DNA of 64,000 nucleotides from Candidatus Kuenenia stuttgartensis (GCA_945861465.1 CAMAVB010000004.1:11687-75686), one strand, 5' to 3'; positions 36,557 to 47,013 are shown, counted from the stretch's first letter. Notes: generated from the letters alone by a model not told the origin. Made by a program: numbers and translations.

Positions 36557-37333
36557 TTGCGTGCAAATCTCGCACTGCATCAGGGTCAGAAACATATAAG
36601 AGAGCTGACAAACGTGAAAGACAGAGTGCAAAGCCTGCATAAAAAAGCGCGCCAGCAACTGAGACGACTGGGAGAATTCCGAGGCATCCGTCGTCAACCG
36701 TTTGGCACATACCAAAAATCTGTGCGGCGGTTGTATGATGGTCGTCGCGGGTCAGTGCTGAAATTCAGCAGCATGATCTCATTGCACGAACCGTTGATGG
36801 GAAGGCTTTTCCAGTCCGGTCGCTTTGACGCTCGACGATTTGATCGAATTCTGGACGTGGGTTCAGGTGCCGGGCAGATTGTTCGTCATTTGCTCGCGAC
36901 CAGTCGCCCCGAAACTGAGGTCGTCGGTTTCGACTTGTCCTGGGAAATGCTCAAGCGAGCCAGAGAACGCCTGCAGTCTGATCGTCCCGTGTTTGTCGCG
37001 GCCGACATGCGGGCTCTGCCCTTTCGGGATAATTCATTCGACTGCGTCACGTGCGGCTACGTGCTCGAGTATCTTCCTGACCCGACAGACGGCCTTCGAG
37101 AATTCGCTCGAGTGCTGCGGCCCGGTGGAATCATTCTATTGCTGGCGACGGAAGATTCATTTTCAGGGTTGCTGACGAGTCACACGTGGAAGTGCCGCAC
37201 ATTCAATCGTGAAGAATTGAAGTCAGCCGCAGAATCGGTTGGGCTGAAGTGGGGCGTAGTTCACTGGTTCACGCGTCTTCACGAAGTGCTGAAACTGGGT
37301 GGCATCCTGGTGGAACTTGAGAAGCCAAAGTAG
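36557..37333 (+). CDS. class I SAM-dependent methyltransferase
   Basis: ILDVGSGAGQ (motif I), DMRALPFRDNSFDCVTCGYVLEYL and LRPGGIILL. The start is uncertain (TTG 36557, or GTG 36614 and others). Confidence 0.7.
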   Translation: MRANLALHQGQKHIRELTNVKDRVQSLHKKARQQLRRLGEFRGIRRQPFGTYQKSVRRLYDGRRGSVLKFSSMISLHEPLMGRLFQSGRFDARRFDRILDVGSGAGQIVRHLLATSRPETEVVGFDLSWEMLKRARERLQSDRPVFVAADMRALPFRDNSFDCVTCGYVLEYLPDPTDGLREFARVLRPGGIILLLATEDSFSGLLTSHTWKCRTFNREELKSAAESVGLKWGVVHWFTRLHEVLKLGGILVELEKPK

Positions 37334-37502
37334 GTCCTTCCTGCCGGGGAGGACTTTCGAGCGAAGCTCGAACCGCCTCGGGGCGCACGTCCGCTCCACG
37401 TCGCCACGTTGCTGTTCAATCACCAGTCCTGGTCGCTGGTCGCAACAAGTTGCGATGTCCTTTCCGGCAGAAAGGACCTACTCAAAATCACTTCAGACGA
37501 CG

Positions 37503-39197
37503 TTATTTCCGCCGCCGAATCCAGCGAATTGGCAGCGTGATTGCCAGCACGATCGCGATGACGATTCCAGTCACGCCGACGCCGCGCAGGATCTTCGAGC
37601 CTTCGATGCCTCGTTCGGCCAGAATCAGCACCGAAGAACCAATGAGCAGTCCTGTAATGACAAGTCCGACCGCGATTGTCCCGCTGGCGTGTTCCAGCGT
37701 ATCATCATTCAGTCGATCTATTCCATGATGTCGCAGGTTGACACTGAATTCACGTCGTCGAATCTGATCAAGCACATCGCGGACTTCATCCGGCAGATCC
37801 TCCATCAGCGACAAGTAGCGCTGAGCACTTTTCAGCAGTCTGTCGCGAGCTGCCGTGAAACCGTATCGGTCGCGGATGAGCTTCTCGAGCTGCGGTCGTC
37901 CATGGGCCACAAGATCAAACATCGGATCGATCTCTCTGGCGGCACCCTGAATCGTCGAGAGTGCTTTGATCAGAAACACCAGATCCGCCGGGCAGCGAAT
38001 ACGATATCGACGCATCAGTGCAAAGAACTCGTTCAGCAATCCGGCCATGTCGAGCGATTCGATAGAGCCGCGTTCGAAGCGTGCAATGAAACTCCACGCA
38101 TCGCGGCGGAACGCGCGATCAAATTTCAGAGTTTTGTCGGCATCGCAGAGCAACATCGTCGCTTCGAGAACTTTGTCCAGATCTGAGTTGATCACCGACA
38201 TCACGAGGGTCGCCAATGACTGCATCGTTTCCCGATCGATCCGCCCGGTCATCCCGCAATCGATGAAACAGACCCCGCCATCGGAAGTGGCGATGATATT
38301 TCCGGGGTGCGGATCGGCGTGGAAAAATCCGTGCTCCAGGCATTGCCGAAACACGGCCTCGGAGCCCTTTTCGACGATCATGCGCCTCTGCTCCGGGGAC
38401 ATCATCGAAAAATCGGTTTCAGACAGCAGCGTGCCCTGCACATGTTCCAGCGTCAGGACTCGTCGTGTGGTGGAAGGCCAGTAAACGATCGGAAAATGAA
38501 CCTTTGGGTCGTCCGCAAAATTCTTGCGAAAGCGATCCGTAGATCGACCCTCATAAAGCAGATCCACTTCGCGCGACAACTCCTGCTGAAACTCGCGCAC
38601 GGTTTCTTTGGGACTATACCCCATCTCGCTGATTCGGTTTTCTGTCAGGCGAGCCAGCTCAGTGAGAATATCGATATCGGACTCGATCACTTCTTCAATG
38701 CCGGGCCTAACGATCTTCAGGACAACATTGGTTCCGTCCTTCAGCACAGCACGATGGACCTGTGCGATCGACGCTGCGGCCAACGGCACCTCGTCGATGG
38801 ACTGAAAATGCTCGTCGAGTTTGTCTCCGAATTCCTCTTCAAGGCGCTTGCGAATTTCGGCATACGGCACGGTCGGACATTTTGAACGCAGGCTTCGCAG
38901 TTCATCGGCAAGCTCCGGTGGCACCAGGTCCGGTCGGGTGCTGAGCACCTGCCCCAGTTTGATAAACGTGCCGCCCAGTTCCTCCAGCGCCTCCCGGACA
39001 CGCACGGCGAACGGTTTAGCAGGTGTGGCGGCTTCTGGTTTTGAACGAAGCAGGATTTCCTGACCGCGTTCGATCATGCGCTCGATGCCGGTGTCCGACA
39101 GGAACTGCCGAAATCCATGCTTCGCCAGGACCGCAATGACTTCGGCCGCACGCTTTGTATTTCGGATGCCACGCCGAATCCCGATGGGATCACTCAC
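37503..39197 (-). CDS. ABC1/UbiB-family atypical kinase with C-terminal TM helices
   Basis: FIKLGQVLSTRPDLVP, AAASIAQVH.A, VLKI.RPGI, HADPHPGNI and IDCGM motifs. Confidence 0.9.
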   Translation of the reverse strand: MSDPIGIRRGIRNTKRAAEVIAVLAKHGFRQFLSDTGIERMIERGQEILLRSKPEAATPAKPFAVRVREALEELGGTFIKLGQVLSTRPDLVPPELADELRSLRSKCPTVPYAEIRKRLEEEFGDKLDEHFQSIDEVPLAAASIAQVHRAVLKDGTNVVLKIVRPGIEEVIESDIDILTELARLTENRISEMGYSPKETVREFQQELSREVDLLYEGRSTDRFRKNFADDPKVHFPIVYWPSTTRRVLTLEHVQGTLLSETDFSMMSPEQRRMIVEKGSEAVFRQCLEHGFFHADPHPGNIIATSDGGVCFIDCGMTGRIDRETMQSLATLVMSVINSDLDKVLEATMLLCDADKTLKFDRAFRRDAWSFIARFERGSIESLDMAGLLNEFFALMRRYRIRCPADLVFLIKALSTIQGAAREIDPMFDLVAHGRPQLEKLIRDRYGFTAARDRLLKSAQRYLSLMEDLPDEVRDVLDQIRRREFSVNLRHHGIDRLNDDTLEHASGTIAVGLVITGLLIGSSVLILAERGIEGSKILRGVGVTGIVIAIVLAITLPIRWIRRRK

Positions 39198-39919
39198 GAC
39201 TTCTTGTCCGCAGTATCATCCCCGTCGGTCCTCTCTTCAGACTTCTTACGACGATCGGGATCGAGCAATTCCGCCGCTCCTGCCAATGCCCCGCTCACAA
39301 AACTCAGCAACGCGCCTGCGGTGAGCTGACTGCCACGCAGCGCCGTGCCTGCGGCTTCACCCGCAGTTTGGATCGGATGTTTTGTCAGCGCTTCCAGCGA
39401 CGAAGCCACGACTGGTTTGGCGGCGGCCATTGCTTGTTCCGCATGCGACTTCGCGTTTTGATACACTGAGCCCGTTTCTGAACTGACGCGCCCCGCGAAG
39501 TACTTCGCGGTATCGACCAAAATCTCTCCGATGTTGCTCAAATCCTTTTTCGCGCGTTCGACGTCTTCGCTCGCAAACTGCTGGCCGCGAGCGGTTGCGT
39601 CCTGCACTGCGTCCTGCGTGGTTTGTGCGACGGACCTGAGCCCCGTTCCGATGCCGTCGATCACATTCTTTACGACGCTTTCGGCTTTTTCTGGCGCGGA
39701 TCGATTGGCAATATCCGATGCTGTCTGCAGCATTCCCTGAATCGCATCACGCGCCGAAGTCACCGGACTCCGCTTACCGCTGAACAGATCGACGACGATC
39801 TGACGAACCTGGTCCGCCGTATCCCGGCCTGATTCGACGGCTTCGCGGATGTCCTCGGACACAGGCCGCGTGGAATCGGCATTACCAGATTCCGATGTTT
39901 CGTGATGATCAATCGTCAT
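39194..39919 (-). CDS. hypothetical alpha-helical (apolipoprotein/YtxH-like) protein
   Basis: 241-aa ORF from ATG 39919. Its stop overlaps the start of the kinase gene. Ala/Gln/Ser-rich amphipathic repeats, no specific motif. Confidence 0.5.
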   Translation of the reverse strand: MTIDHHETSESGNADSTRPVSEDIREAVESGRDTADQVRQIVVDLFSGKRSPVTSARDAIQGMLQTASDIANRSAPEKAESVVKNVIDGIGTGLRSVAQTTQDAVQDATARGQQFASEDVERAKKDLSNIGEILVDTAKYFAGRVSSETGSVYQNAKSHAEQAMAAAKPVVASSLEALTKHPIQTAGEAAGTALRGSQLTAGALLSFVSGALAGAAELLDPDRRKKSEERTDGDDTADKKS

Positions 39920-40200
39920 GGGACAGGGCTTTCGTGAGGATAGGAGGACCGGCGTGAGCTTGCCGCGCTTGCTGGATTCCGTAGGATGGAAATTTATGTC
40001 CGTCGCATGGCCATGAAACGAAATCGAAGCAAGAACAATTGTGCCGCCAAAGTATATTCTCAATGGCAAAGCTCTCTGGCCAAATCTCGGACATGAATGT
40101 CCAAGCTACAGAATCACAGATTCTACCGCTTAGGGCGAACGCAGGCAAACTGCGAGGTCATTTCACCCACCGTCGGCAAAATATTGACGATGCGCAACTT

Positions 40201-40279
40201 GTAGGGTGTGACAAGCAACGCGCAAGCACACCGAATCACAGTCATGGTGTGCCTGCGATGGCGCTTGTCACACCCTACA
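40201..40279. repeat. nested REPIN-like palindrome (gtagggtgtgacaagc family)
   Basis: gtagggtgtgacaagc...gcacacc...ggtgtgc...gcttgtcacaccctac. Confidence 0.85.
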
Positions 40280-40307
40280 AATTCGTAAACTGACCAGCCG
40301 TGTCATT

Positions 40308-40787
40308 TCACTTCGGCAACGCAAAGCTCAGGTGCATTTCCGAGTGTCGCAGATGAAGTGTGGTCCATTCATCGTGAGTCATTTTCCCAAACGCCGGATG
40401 CACGGCCTCCATACGTTCCGTTTTCGTGCGTGCGACGGCACGGCGGAGGTCGTCGAGAGCTTCCTGGAGCGAACTGGCTTCGGGATATGCATCAGCCTCA
40501 GCTGCCTTGGGCAGGTTAATCCCCGGACTCATTTTTTTGGCCTTCAGTACGTGCCCTTTAAAAAGCGGCATAATGAGCCTGATCCACAACGGAGCTTTTG
40601 ACTGAAAGCCATCGATGGAATTATGAATTGTCTGCGACAGATGCTTGATAAGCTTCACCAGAGGCCAGTTACCAATCGTCCGCGTCTTCGGCGACGCCAC
40701 CAGTCTCTCGGCATCTGCCACAAGATCCTCCAGGGTCTGAAACGAAACGTCTCGACGCCCCTGAACCGTCTTTGAATTGACCGACAT
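40308..40787 (-). CDS. DinB-superfamily DUF1569-like protein
   Basis: C-terminal HPAFGKMTHDEWTTLHLRHSEMHLSF resembles the DUF1569/DinB His-triad region. Confidence 0.6.
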   Translation of the reverse strand: MSVNSKTVQGRRDVSFQTLEDLVADAERLVASPKTRTIGNWPLVKLIKHLSQTIHNSIDGFQSKAPLWIRLIMPLFKGHVLKAKKMSPGINLPKAAEADAYPEASSLQEALDDLRRAVARTKTERMEAVHPAFGKMTHDEWTTLHLRHSEMHLSFALPK

Positions 40788-41008
40788 TTTTGAAGTCCTG
40801 TATGAATGAGCTGATTTCGCCGAAACGAATTATCTGCTTCGACGGTGGTAACTGCAATCGACCTTACAGGCTGATCACGAGCAATCGTTCATCATGCTTC
40901 GGAGACCACGCCGGGACTGCTATACTGCTGTTTCCATACCGGTCAGATTCTCAAAGACTTGAGTTTATTGCTGGTGATTGCTGCATCCTTAATTCGGTGG
41001 CTATTCAG

Positions 41009-42283
41009 ATGACACAAGTTTCACACTGGAAAGATCGCCTGGCCGTTGTGGAAGACACCATGCGTTCGATCAGCCAGGAATCCGATCCGCAGGAACTCGT
41101 TCGCAGCTATGGCCAACGCATTCAGCAGTTGATGCCGATTGACCGCAGATTGTCGCTGAGCCGACGAGAGCTGAAGCATCCGGAATTCCGAATTACCCGC
41201 AGCACAACGTGGGAACAGAGCGTCAATCCGTGGTCCGAAAAGAACAAGCTTCCGTTGTTGCGCGGCGGTATCCTCGCGGATGTTTGCTACCGTAACGAAA
41301 CCACATTGATCGATGACTTGCAGGTGCCCGCCACTGATCCGGCATTTGAATATCTTGACGGATTTCGTTCCCTGCTGGCCATCCCGATGTTCGACAACGG
41401 CGAATCGCTGAATGCCGTGATTCTCCTGCAGCGTGAAAAAGCTGCGTTCGATCCCGATCAGATTCCTGACCTTGTCTGGCGGAGCAACCTCTTCGGCCGC
41501 GCGACGGGAACACTGGTCCTGAAGTCGCAGCTCGAAGCGGCTTACAAAGAACTGGATCGCGAGCTGAAGTCCGTGGCACAACTGCAGCATGCTCTGTTAC
41601 CCGCGGAACTGCCGAAGATTCCTCGCCTCGAGATCACCGCCTACTATCAACCTGCCAGCCGCGCGGGAGGAGACTACTATGACTTTTTCGAACTACCCGA
41701 GGGCAAATGGGGTTTCTTCATCGGTGACGTGAGCGGCCATGGAACGCCGGCTGCCGTCATGATGGCCGTGACACACTGCATGGCTCATACGCATCCCGGT
41801 CCTGCAAGCCCACCTGGAGCCGTGCTCGAATATCTCAACCGCCATCTGGCGACGCGATACACCAATCGCATCGAAGCTTTCGTCACCGCATTCTATGGAG
41901 TTTATGATCCTCAGTCACGAAAGCTGGTCTACGCCAGTGCCGGTCACAATCCACCACGCGTCAAGCGTTGCGCCGCAGACGTCGTGATTTCGCTCGACAA
42001 GTCCGGTGGCCTCCCATTGGGGGTTATGGAGGATGCTGAGTACAATGAGTCTTCATTCTATCTGCAGTTTGGCGATCAGATTGTGCTGTATACTGATGGA
42101 ATCACTGAAACGCACAACGCCGCAAATGAGCAATTCGGCGAATCACGGATTGATGATGTTCTTGCAATATGCGGACTCGACTCTGTTGAGCTCATGCACA
42201 ATCTCCTGACCGCCGTCGATGAATTCGCCAACGGCGTCCTACCCCACGACGACCGCACCGTGATCGTCCTGCGCGCGACGTGA
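41009..42283 (+). CDS. GAF + PP2C (SpoIIE/RsbU-type) serine phosphatase
   Basis: AGGDYYDF, FIGDVSGHG, LYTDGITE and DDRTVIVL are PP2C/SpoIIE metal-binding motifs. They are preceded by a GAF-like region. Start at ATG 41009. Confidence 0.85.
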   Translation: MTQVSHWKDRLAVVEDTMRSISQESDPQELVRSYGQRIQQLMPIDRRLSLSRRELKHPEFRITRSTTWEQSVNPWSEKNKLPLLRGGILADVCYRNETTLIDDLQVPATDPAFEYLDGFRSLLAIPMFDNGESLNAVILLQREKAAFDPDQIPDLVWRSNLFGRATGTLVLKSQLEAAYKELDRELKSVAQLQHALLPAELPKIPRLEITAYYQPASRAGGDYYDFFELPEGKWGFFIGDVSGHGTPAAVMMAVTHCMAHTHPGPASPPGAVLEYLNRHLATRYTNRIEAFVTAFYGVYDPQSRKLVYASAGHNPPRVKRCAADVVISLDKSGGLPLGVMEDAEYNESSFYLQFGDQIVLYTDGITETHNAANEQFGESRIDDVLAICGLDSVELMHNLLTAVDEFANGVLPHDDRTVIVLRAT

Positions 42284-42298
42284 AGGTTCGTTTTTGAG

Positions 42299-42377
42299 GT
42301 AGGCCGGACCAAGCGCAGCGCCGTTCCGGCAGGTGTCTGGCAACTGCCGGAACGGCGCTGCGCTTGGTCCGGCCTAC
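42299..42377. repeat. near-perfect 34-bp-arm palindrome (gtaggccggaccaagcg family) between convergent genes
   Basis: gtaggccggaccaagcgcagcgccgttccggcag-gtgtctggcaa-ctgccggaacggcgctgcgcttggtccggcctac. Confidence 0.9.
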
Positions 42378-42428
42378 AGACTCAACCCAAAATCTTAATC
42401 CTGCCGATGCAAAAGCGGCCAGGGGCCA

Positions 42429-43205
42429 TCATTCCCTCCGGCGGACAACAGGTAATAGAATGCGTTCGATTTCGTCCAGATACTCGCTCAGCCCGTTGTT
42501 TGCGCCGCAGCCGCGAAGATGATTCATTGGCGTTGTCGTCCAGCATTCCCTTTCGCGTTCCGCATTCGAATCTGTGAATTGCTTCAGGACACGCTTTGCG
42601 CTGCGAAGATCATTGTCGGGATCGTGCTTCGCCGTAAGTTCCTCGGATCGAGTGAGTGGATTAAAACCGAGTTTCTGCCTTTCAGTTTCCAGCGCTGTTT
42701 CCTCTGCCTGCGTTCTGGCAATGAACCCAGACAACACCCAGCATTCTCGCTTTATGTTTGCCACGCCGATGACAACCGGAAATGCGTCAGGCTGGCGGCA
42801 GTGTTCATGCCTAGCCTGTTCCAGGCCGGCGCGGCGACTCTTGTCCTGATCGGAGTCTCGCATCAGAACTGCCGCTCCAATGTTACCGAAAAGTTGAGTC
42901 AAGACGCGCAACGCACGTCTCGCACTTCGAGCATCAGCAACGCCCTTCTGACCATCAAAGAATCCACGAAGTTTCGGTAGTCGTATTTCGGCAGCCAAGT
43001 CATCTATTTCCGACCATTTCAATCGGCGGCCTTTGTATTCACGAATCCACTCACGCAAAGCATTCAGTGGTGAATCATCGGCTTGCAGATCCTGATTCGG
43101 TTCCCTCTCCAGCCACGAAACAGAATCCGCAAGCACTCGGTCGGCAAGATACGTTGCAATGTCAGCATCCGCGCGATCTTCGTAGACGATACAGATTGAG
43201 GTCAT
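42429..43205 (-). CDS. Toprim-like (DUF4276/DUF4435-like) protein, partner of the upstream ATPase
   Basis: ICIVYEDRADADI (acidic E/D start strand), VLMRDSDQD (DxD) and IKRECWVLSGF (E.W) follow the order of the OLD-type Toprim/DUF4276 motifs. The gap to the ATPase stop is only 6 nt. Confidence 0.6.
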   Translation of the reverse strand: MTSICIVYEDRADADIATYLADRVLADSVSWLEREPNQDLQADDSPLNALREWIREYKGRRLKWSEIDDLAAEIRLPKLRGFFDGQKGVADARSARRALRVLTQLFGNIGAAVLMRDSDQDKSRRAGLEQARHEHCRQPDAFPVVIGVANIKRECWVLSGFIARTQAEETALETERQKLGFNPLTRSEELTAKHDPDNDLRSAKRVLKQFTDSNAERERECWTTTPMNHLRGCGANNGLSEYLDEIERILLPVVRRRE

Positions 43206-43211
43206 TAGTCG

Positions 43212-44342
43212 TCAGACCTTTTCCTCAACGAGCCACTTTTCTCCGAAGAAGCTCCACATCTCCCCGGGTGTCATTTCGTCTTTCCATTTTGAAAAATCCG
43301 GATGATCCGTCAGGAGACCGCAGCGTGAGAATCCGTCCGGACCTATCGCCATCAGCCGCACTTCAGTGGAATCAAGGAAGTCGAGGAAATAGGGGGAGTG
43401 TGACGTCGCAACGATCTGAAGGTCGGGTTGCCGTTTAAGAATCTCTCGCAACATTCCGATCAATTCTCGCTGCGCGTTCGGATGAAGCCCTTTTTCGATG
43501 TCGTCAAGGAGAATTATGCGAGGACTGAACGAACCGTGCAGAACTGTCAATAGGCCAAGAGCAAGAATCGTTCCCTCACTCACATTTGCAGCGGGTATTT
43601 CTTGTCGTTGATCAAAGTCAAATAGTAGTTCGTCCGCAGGATACTCTCGAGCTACTTTTCTGGTTATTGCTTCTTCACCAATCCTGATGATTTCTGACTC
43701 GTCTCGCACAATCTTTACCCGACGAAATCGGATCCTTTGAAAATGTGGAACAATCTGCCGCAAGTTAGATTGGACCACTTCAAATACTTCCGGGCGGCTG
43801 AGAGCGATTGAGGCGACCGTTGAAGCCAATCCCTCTCCATTCGAGACAATATTCGGATACAATTCACTGCTGTACGATGCCGAAGCCAGAATGCGAGGTT
43901 CAAACTGCAGGAACGCGACGGCAGCGATTTCTTTGGAAGCGTTGTTATCTGCTATTCTGTGAACCGGCAAATGCGCTTTCGACCCCCGGGGACTAAGCCA
44001 AGTTTGAGCTTCCCATTGCGAGTTCGGCAGTGACTTTCTCGAAGTCTTTCGTTCCTGCTTCGTTGCAGAGAAATTGAATCCATCTTCGCGGGTAAAGCAA
44101 CTCAGTAGCATGCGTCTCGAACCATCTGAACTGTGCAAGAAGTCGAAACTGTTAGGCCCAGCAAATACGTCCAAGATCTCAATAGGAGTGCGATGGCGAC
44201 TGACGAGCGAAAGATAATTTATTCCCTGAAGTACACTGGTCTTACCCGACGCATTCGGGCCGACAATCACTGTCAGTCGCGAAAGGCTACAACTGAAATC
44301 GCGCAGGCTCTTGAAATTCTGGAATCTGATCTCGGTAATCAT
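43212..44342 (-). CDS. ABC-type (AAA_21/OLD-family-like) ATPase
   Basis: MITEIRFQNFKSL, Walker A GPNASGKTS, Walker B ILLDDIEKGLHP, ATSHSP. Start taken at ATG 44342 (the track gives TTG 44354). Confidence 0.8.
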   Translation of the reverse strand: MITEIRFQNFKSLRDFSCSLSRLTVIVGPNASGKTSVLQGINYLSLVSRHRTPIEILDVFAGPNSFDFLHSSDGSRRMLLSCFTREDGFNFSATKQERKTSRKSLPNSQWEAQTWLSPRGSKAHLPVHRIADNNASKEIAAVAFLQFEPRILASASYSSELYPNIVSNGEGLASTVASIALSRPEVFEVVQSNLRQIVPHFQRIRFRRVKIVRDESEIIRIGEEAITRKVAREYPADELLFDFDQRQEIPAANVSEGTILALGLLTVLHGSFSPRIILLDDIEKGLHPNAQRELIGMLREILKRQPDLQIVATSHSPYFLDFLDSTEVRLMAIGPDGFSRCGLLTDHPDFSKWKDEMTPGEMWSFFGEKWLVEEKV

Positions 44343-44403
44343 GTTCTTGTTCAACCCTTGACCTGAGCGATGTCATCCTGCCATCTGAATCAATCGCCAC
44401 GTC

Positions 44404-45798
44404 TCAAAACTCCGCGTGTCCCGGTGTCCTCGGGAACGGAATCACGTCGCGGATGTTGGTCATGCCGGTGATCAACAGCACGGCGCGTTCCAGGCCAAGG
44501 CCGAAGCCGGAGTGGGGGACGGTTCCGTATTTTCTGAGGTCGGTGTACCACCAGTAGTCGTCCGGGTTCAAATGGCATTCGTGCAGACGATGGATGAGCA
44601 CGTCCAGGCGTTCTTCACGCTGGCTGCCGCCAATGATTTCGCCGACGCCGGGGACGAGCACATCCATGGCTCGCACGGTTTTTTCGTCGTCGTTGCATCG
44701 CATGTAGAACGGTTTCAGCGTGCGCGGATAGTTGAACAGAATCACGGGTTGACCGAAATGTTCTTCGGTGAGGAATCGCTCGTGCTCTGTCTGCAGATCG
44801 CTGCCCCACTCGACAGCGTAGTCGAATTTCCTGCCGCACTTCTGAATGATGTCAATTGCTTCCGTGTAGGGCAGGCGGATGAATTCTTTGCTGCGGATGT
44901 TCTCGAGTTTCGCCAGTACGGTTTTGTCGATGCGTTCATTAAAGAACGCCATGTCATCCGGACATTTTTCGAGGACATCGTTGATCATTGTCTTGATGAA
45001 CGCTTCGGCCAGATCCATATTGTCAGGCAACTCGTAAAAAGGCATTTCCGGTTCGACCATCCAGAATTCCGCCAGATGCCGTGTTGTGTTGCTGTTTTCG
45101 GCTCGGAACGTCGGGCCGAATGTGTAGCAATCGCCAATCGCAGTCGCGTATGTTTCGGCTTCCAGTTGTCCGCTTACAGTGAGTGATGCCGGCTTGCCAA
45201 AGAAGTCCTGTTTCCAGTCGATGGACTCAATCTGCTTTTTCGCCAGCATCGCCAGATCCAGCGTCGTCACCTGGAACATTTCGCCCGCGCCTTCGCAGTC
45301 GCTGGTCGTGATGATCGGTGTGTTAAGGTACAGGAATCCTCGGGTCTGAAAAAAGTTATGGATCGACCAACTGATGCAGTTACGAACACGGGCGACCGCG
45401 CTGAACGTGTTTGTGCGGGGGCGCAGGTGAGCGATCTCACGCAGGAACTCCATGCTGTGTCCCTTCTTCTGCAGCGGATACGTCGTGGCATCGGCGACTC
45501 CCAGTACCGTCAGCGACGACGCATGGAGCTCAATTCGCTGGCCTTTGCCGGGCGAATCCTTGAGTATGCCTTCGATCGCGACACTGGCTCCGGTGGTGAC
45601 GTCTTTGATCGACGTCTCGTATCCTGGCACAGTGTTTTCGACGACGATTTGCAGGTTCTTGAGGCAGCTGCCGTCGTTGAGTTCAATAAACGAGAACCCG
45701 TTTTTGGAGTCGCGGCGTGTCCTCACCCAGCCTTTGGTGATGAGTGAGGTTCCCGGTTGTCCGTCGCGAAGTATGCTGGCGATGCGTGTGAGTGCCAT
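44404..45798 (-). CDS. asnS: asparagine--tRNA ligase
   Basis: [18 protein letters not shown] anticodon-binding N-terminus, and class II motifs FRAENS..TRHL.EFWM.E and [14 protein letters not shown]. Start at ATG 45798 ([10 protein letters not shown]). Confidence 0.95.
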   Translation of the reverse strand: MALTRIASILRDGQPGTSLITKGWVRTRRDSKNGFSFIELNDGSCLKNLQIVVENTVPGYETSIKDVTTGASVAIEGILKDSPGKGQRIELHASSLTVLGVADATTYPLQKKGHSMEFLREIAHLRPRTNTFSAVARVRNCISWSIHNFFQTRGFLYLNTPIITTSDCEGAGEMFQVTTLDLAMLAKKQIESIDWKQDFFGKPASLTVSGQLEAETYATAIGDCYTFGPTFRAENSNTTRHLAEFWMVEPEMPFYELPDNMDLAEAFIKTMINDVLEKCPDDMAFFNERIDKTVLAKLENIRSKEFIRLPYTEAIDIIQKCGRKFDYAVEWGSDLQTEHERFLTEEHFGQPVILFNYPRTLKPFYMRCNDDEKTVRAMDVLVPGVGEIIGGSQREERLDVLIHRLHECHLNPDDYWWYTDLRKYGTVPHSGFGLGLERAVLLITGMTNIRDVIPFPRTPGHAEF

Positions 45799-45840
45799 AG
45801 ATTTGAGATTTGAGATTTGAGATTTGAGATTTGAGATTTG
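45799..45840. repeat. heptanucleotide tandem repeat (AGATTTG)x6 abutting the asnS start codon
   Basis: Six perfect 7-nt units directly 5' of the asnS ATG; on the gene strand they read (CAAATCT)6-ATG. Confidence 0.9.
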
Positions 45841-45857
45841 AAAATTGGAATTGACGA

Positions 45858-46616
45858 TCATCGTTTTTTGGCGACGGACGTGATAGCTCCGCTGAGTTGC
45901 AGCTTGATGTCGCCGGTACACTTTGCGGCAGCGGGAACGTTGACTCGCAGAAAAAGCAGTCCACTCTTCTTCGGTGTATGTTCCAGACCGGCGTTAACCA
46001 CAAATGGATCTCCGGGCTTTCCGTCAGTGACGACAACGCCAATCAATGCTCCGAACGGACCGACCGAAACATGATCAGCAGCCGGATCTTTCGTCGGCAA
46101 TCCGGTGAGCGGAATGGTTGTCGAGTAGATCATCTTGTATTCACCAGTTGCAGCGAGTCGAAATGCCTTGCCTTCGCTGACTTCGCAGATTGGATTGCCC
46201 CAGCCTTTGGAAACGTCGAGCTCCACCTTTGCTTCATTTTCCTGCATGAGTTCTTCACCGATCCGGTCCATTTCCTGTTTCAGACCCTCCACTTTCGGAT
46301 TAATGTGTTCGACTCGTTTCAGCACGGTCAGTGCTTCTTCTTTCTCACCCTTCTTCAGGTATTCTTTGGCGACTTCCATATATTCCTGGAGCAGCATCTC
46401 TTCAGCCTTGGTCATGCGGATTTCCAGCTGCTGACTGTTGGGGCCGTCTTTATCCTTTTCTTTGTCCTTCTCCTTGTCCTTGCTGCGGCTTCCTTGAGCG
46501 AAGACGGCGGGCGAAGTCAGCAGGACCGAGATGGCTACGCCTGCCGTGATCAGCATCATGATCAACCGTCGCCGCAGCGGAACGGAAGCGTGTGGTGTTT
46601 CAAGTGATGTCGTCAT
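45858..46616 (-). CDS. secreted hypothetical protein with KDKEKD-rich linker
   Basis: Signal-like [25 protein letters not shown], a (KDKE)n stretch, a helical region, and a C-terminal beta-rich domain. No family assigned. Confidence 0.55.
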   Translation of the reverse strand: MTTSLETPHASVPLRRRLIMMLITAGVAISVLLTSPAVFAQGSRSKDKEKDKEKDKDGPNSQQLEIRMTKAEEMLLQEYMEVAKEYLKKGEKEEALTVLKRVEHINPKVEGLKQEMDRIGEELMQENEAKVELDVSKGWGNPICEVSEGKAFRLAATGEYKMIYSTTIPLTGLPTKDPAADHVSVGPFGALIGVVVTDGKPGDPFVVNAGLEHTPKKSGLLFLRVNVPAAAKCTGDIKLQLSGAITSVAKKR

Positions 46617-46655
46617 TGAGTTCTCCCAGGAGTCTGTCTGAATACCGGTGTTCTT

Positions 46656-46730
46656 GTGAGCGGCAAGCTAGCCGCCGTTTTTTCAGGTATTTCTGCTGTG
46701 TACACCGGCGGCTAGCGCCTTGCCGCTCAC
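46656..46730. repeat. REP-like palindrome
   Basis: gtgagcggcaagctagccgccg ... cggcggctagcgccttgccgctcac. Confidence 0.8.
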
Positions 46731-47013
46731 GATCGCGGAGTATCGGGACAGACTCCTGATGCGTTGGCGAACATGCATTTGCCTGCACGATGTTGCACGA
46801 TATGTGATCAGGTCTCGCAGGAACATAGTCAATCGCCTGAATTTTTGCCGCATTCGATTGAGTCATGTCGTGTTCGCTGGTCAAAACAAGAATTTGACGC
46901 CAGCATACGCTGTGTTTTTCTCGGCGACTGTCGTCTGTCGATAGTCATGAATTCTGCTGCCTTGCCTGACCACTTCCATATTTGACTCCGATTTCCACTG
47001 GAGGATCTGCCTC

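Noticed and set aside
36347-36715. 122-aa minus-strand ORF in the phosphatase / methyltransferase spacer
   Set aside because: It overlaps the 5' end of the methyltransferase ORF, has no motif, and has a Cys/Phe-rich odd composition. It is probably non-coding promoter region.
45799-45921. Upstream starts for asnS (ORF track 45921, or ATG 45861) that would translate the heptamer array
   Set aside because: The AsnRS N-terminal anticodon-binding domain aligns from [10 protein letters not shown] (ATG 45798), and the extension would consist only of repeat-encoded QISNLKS units.
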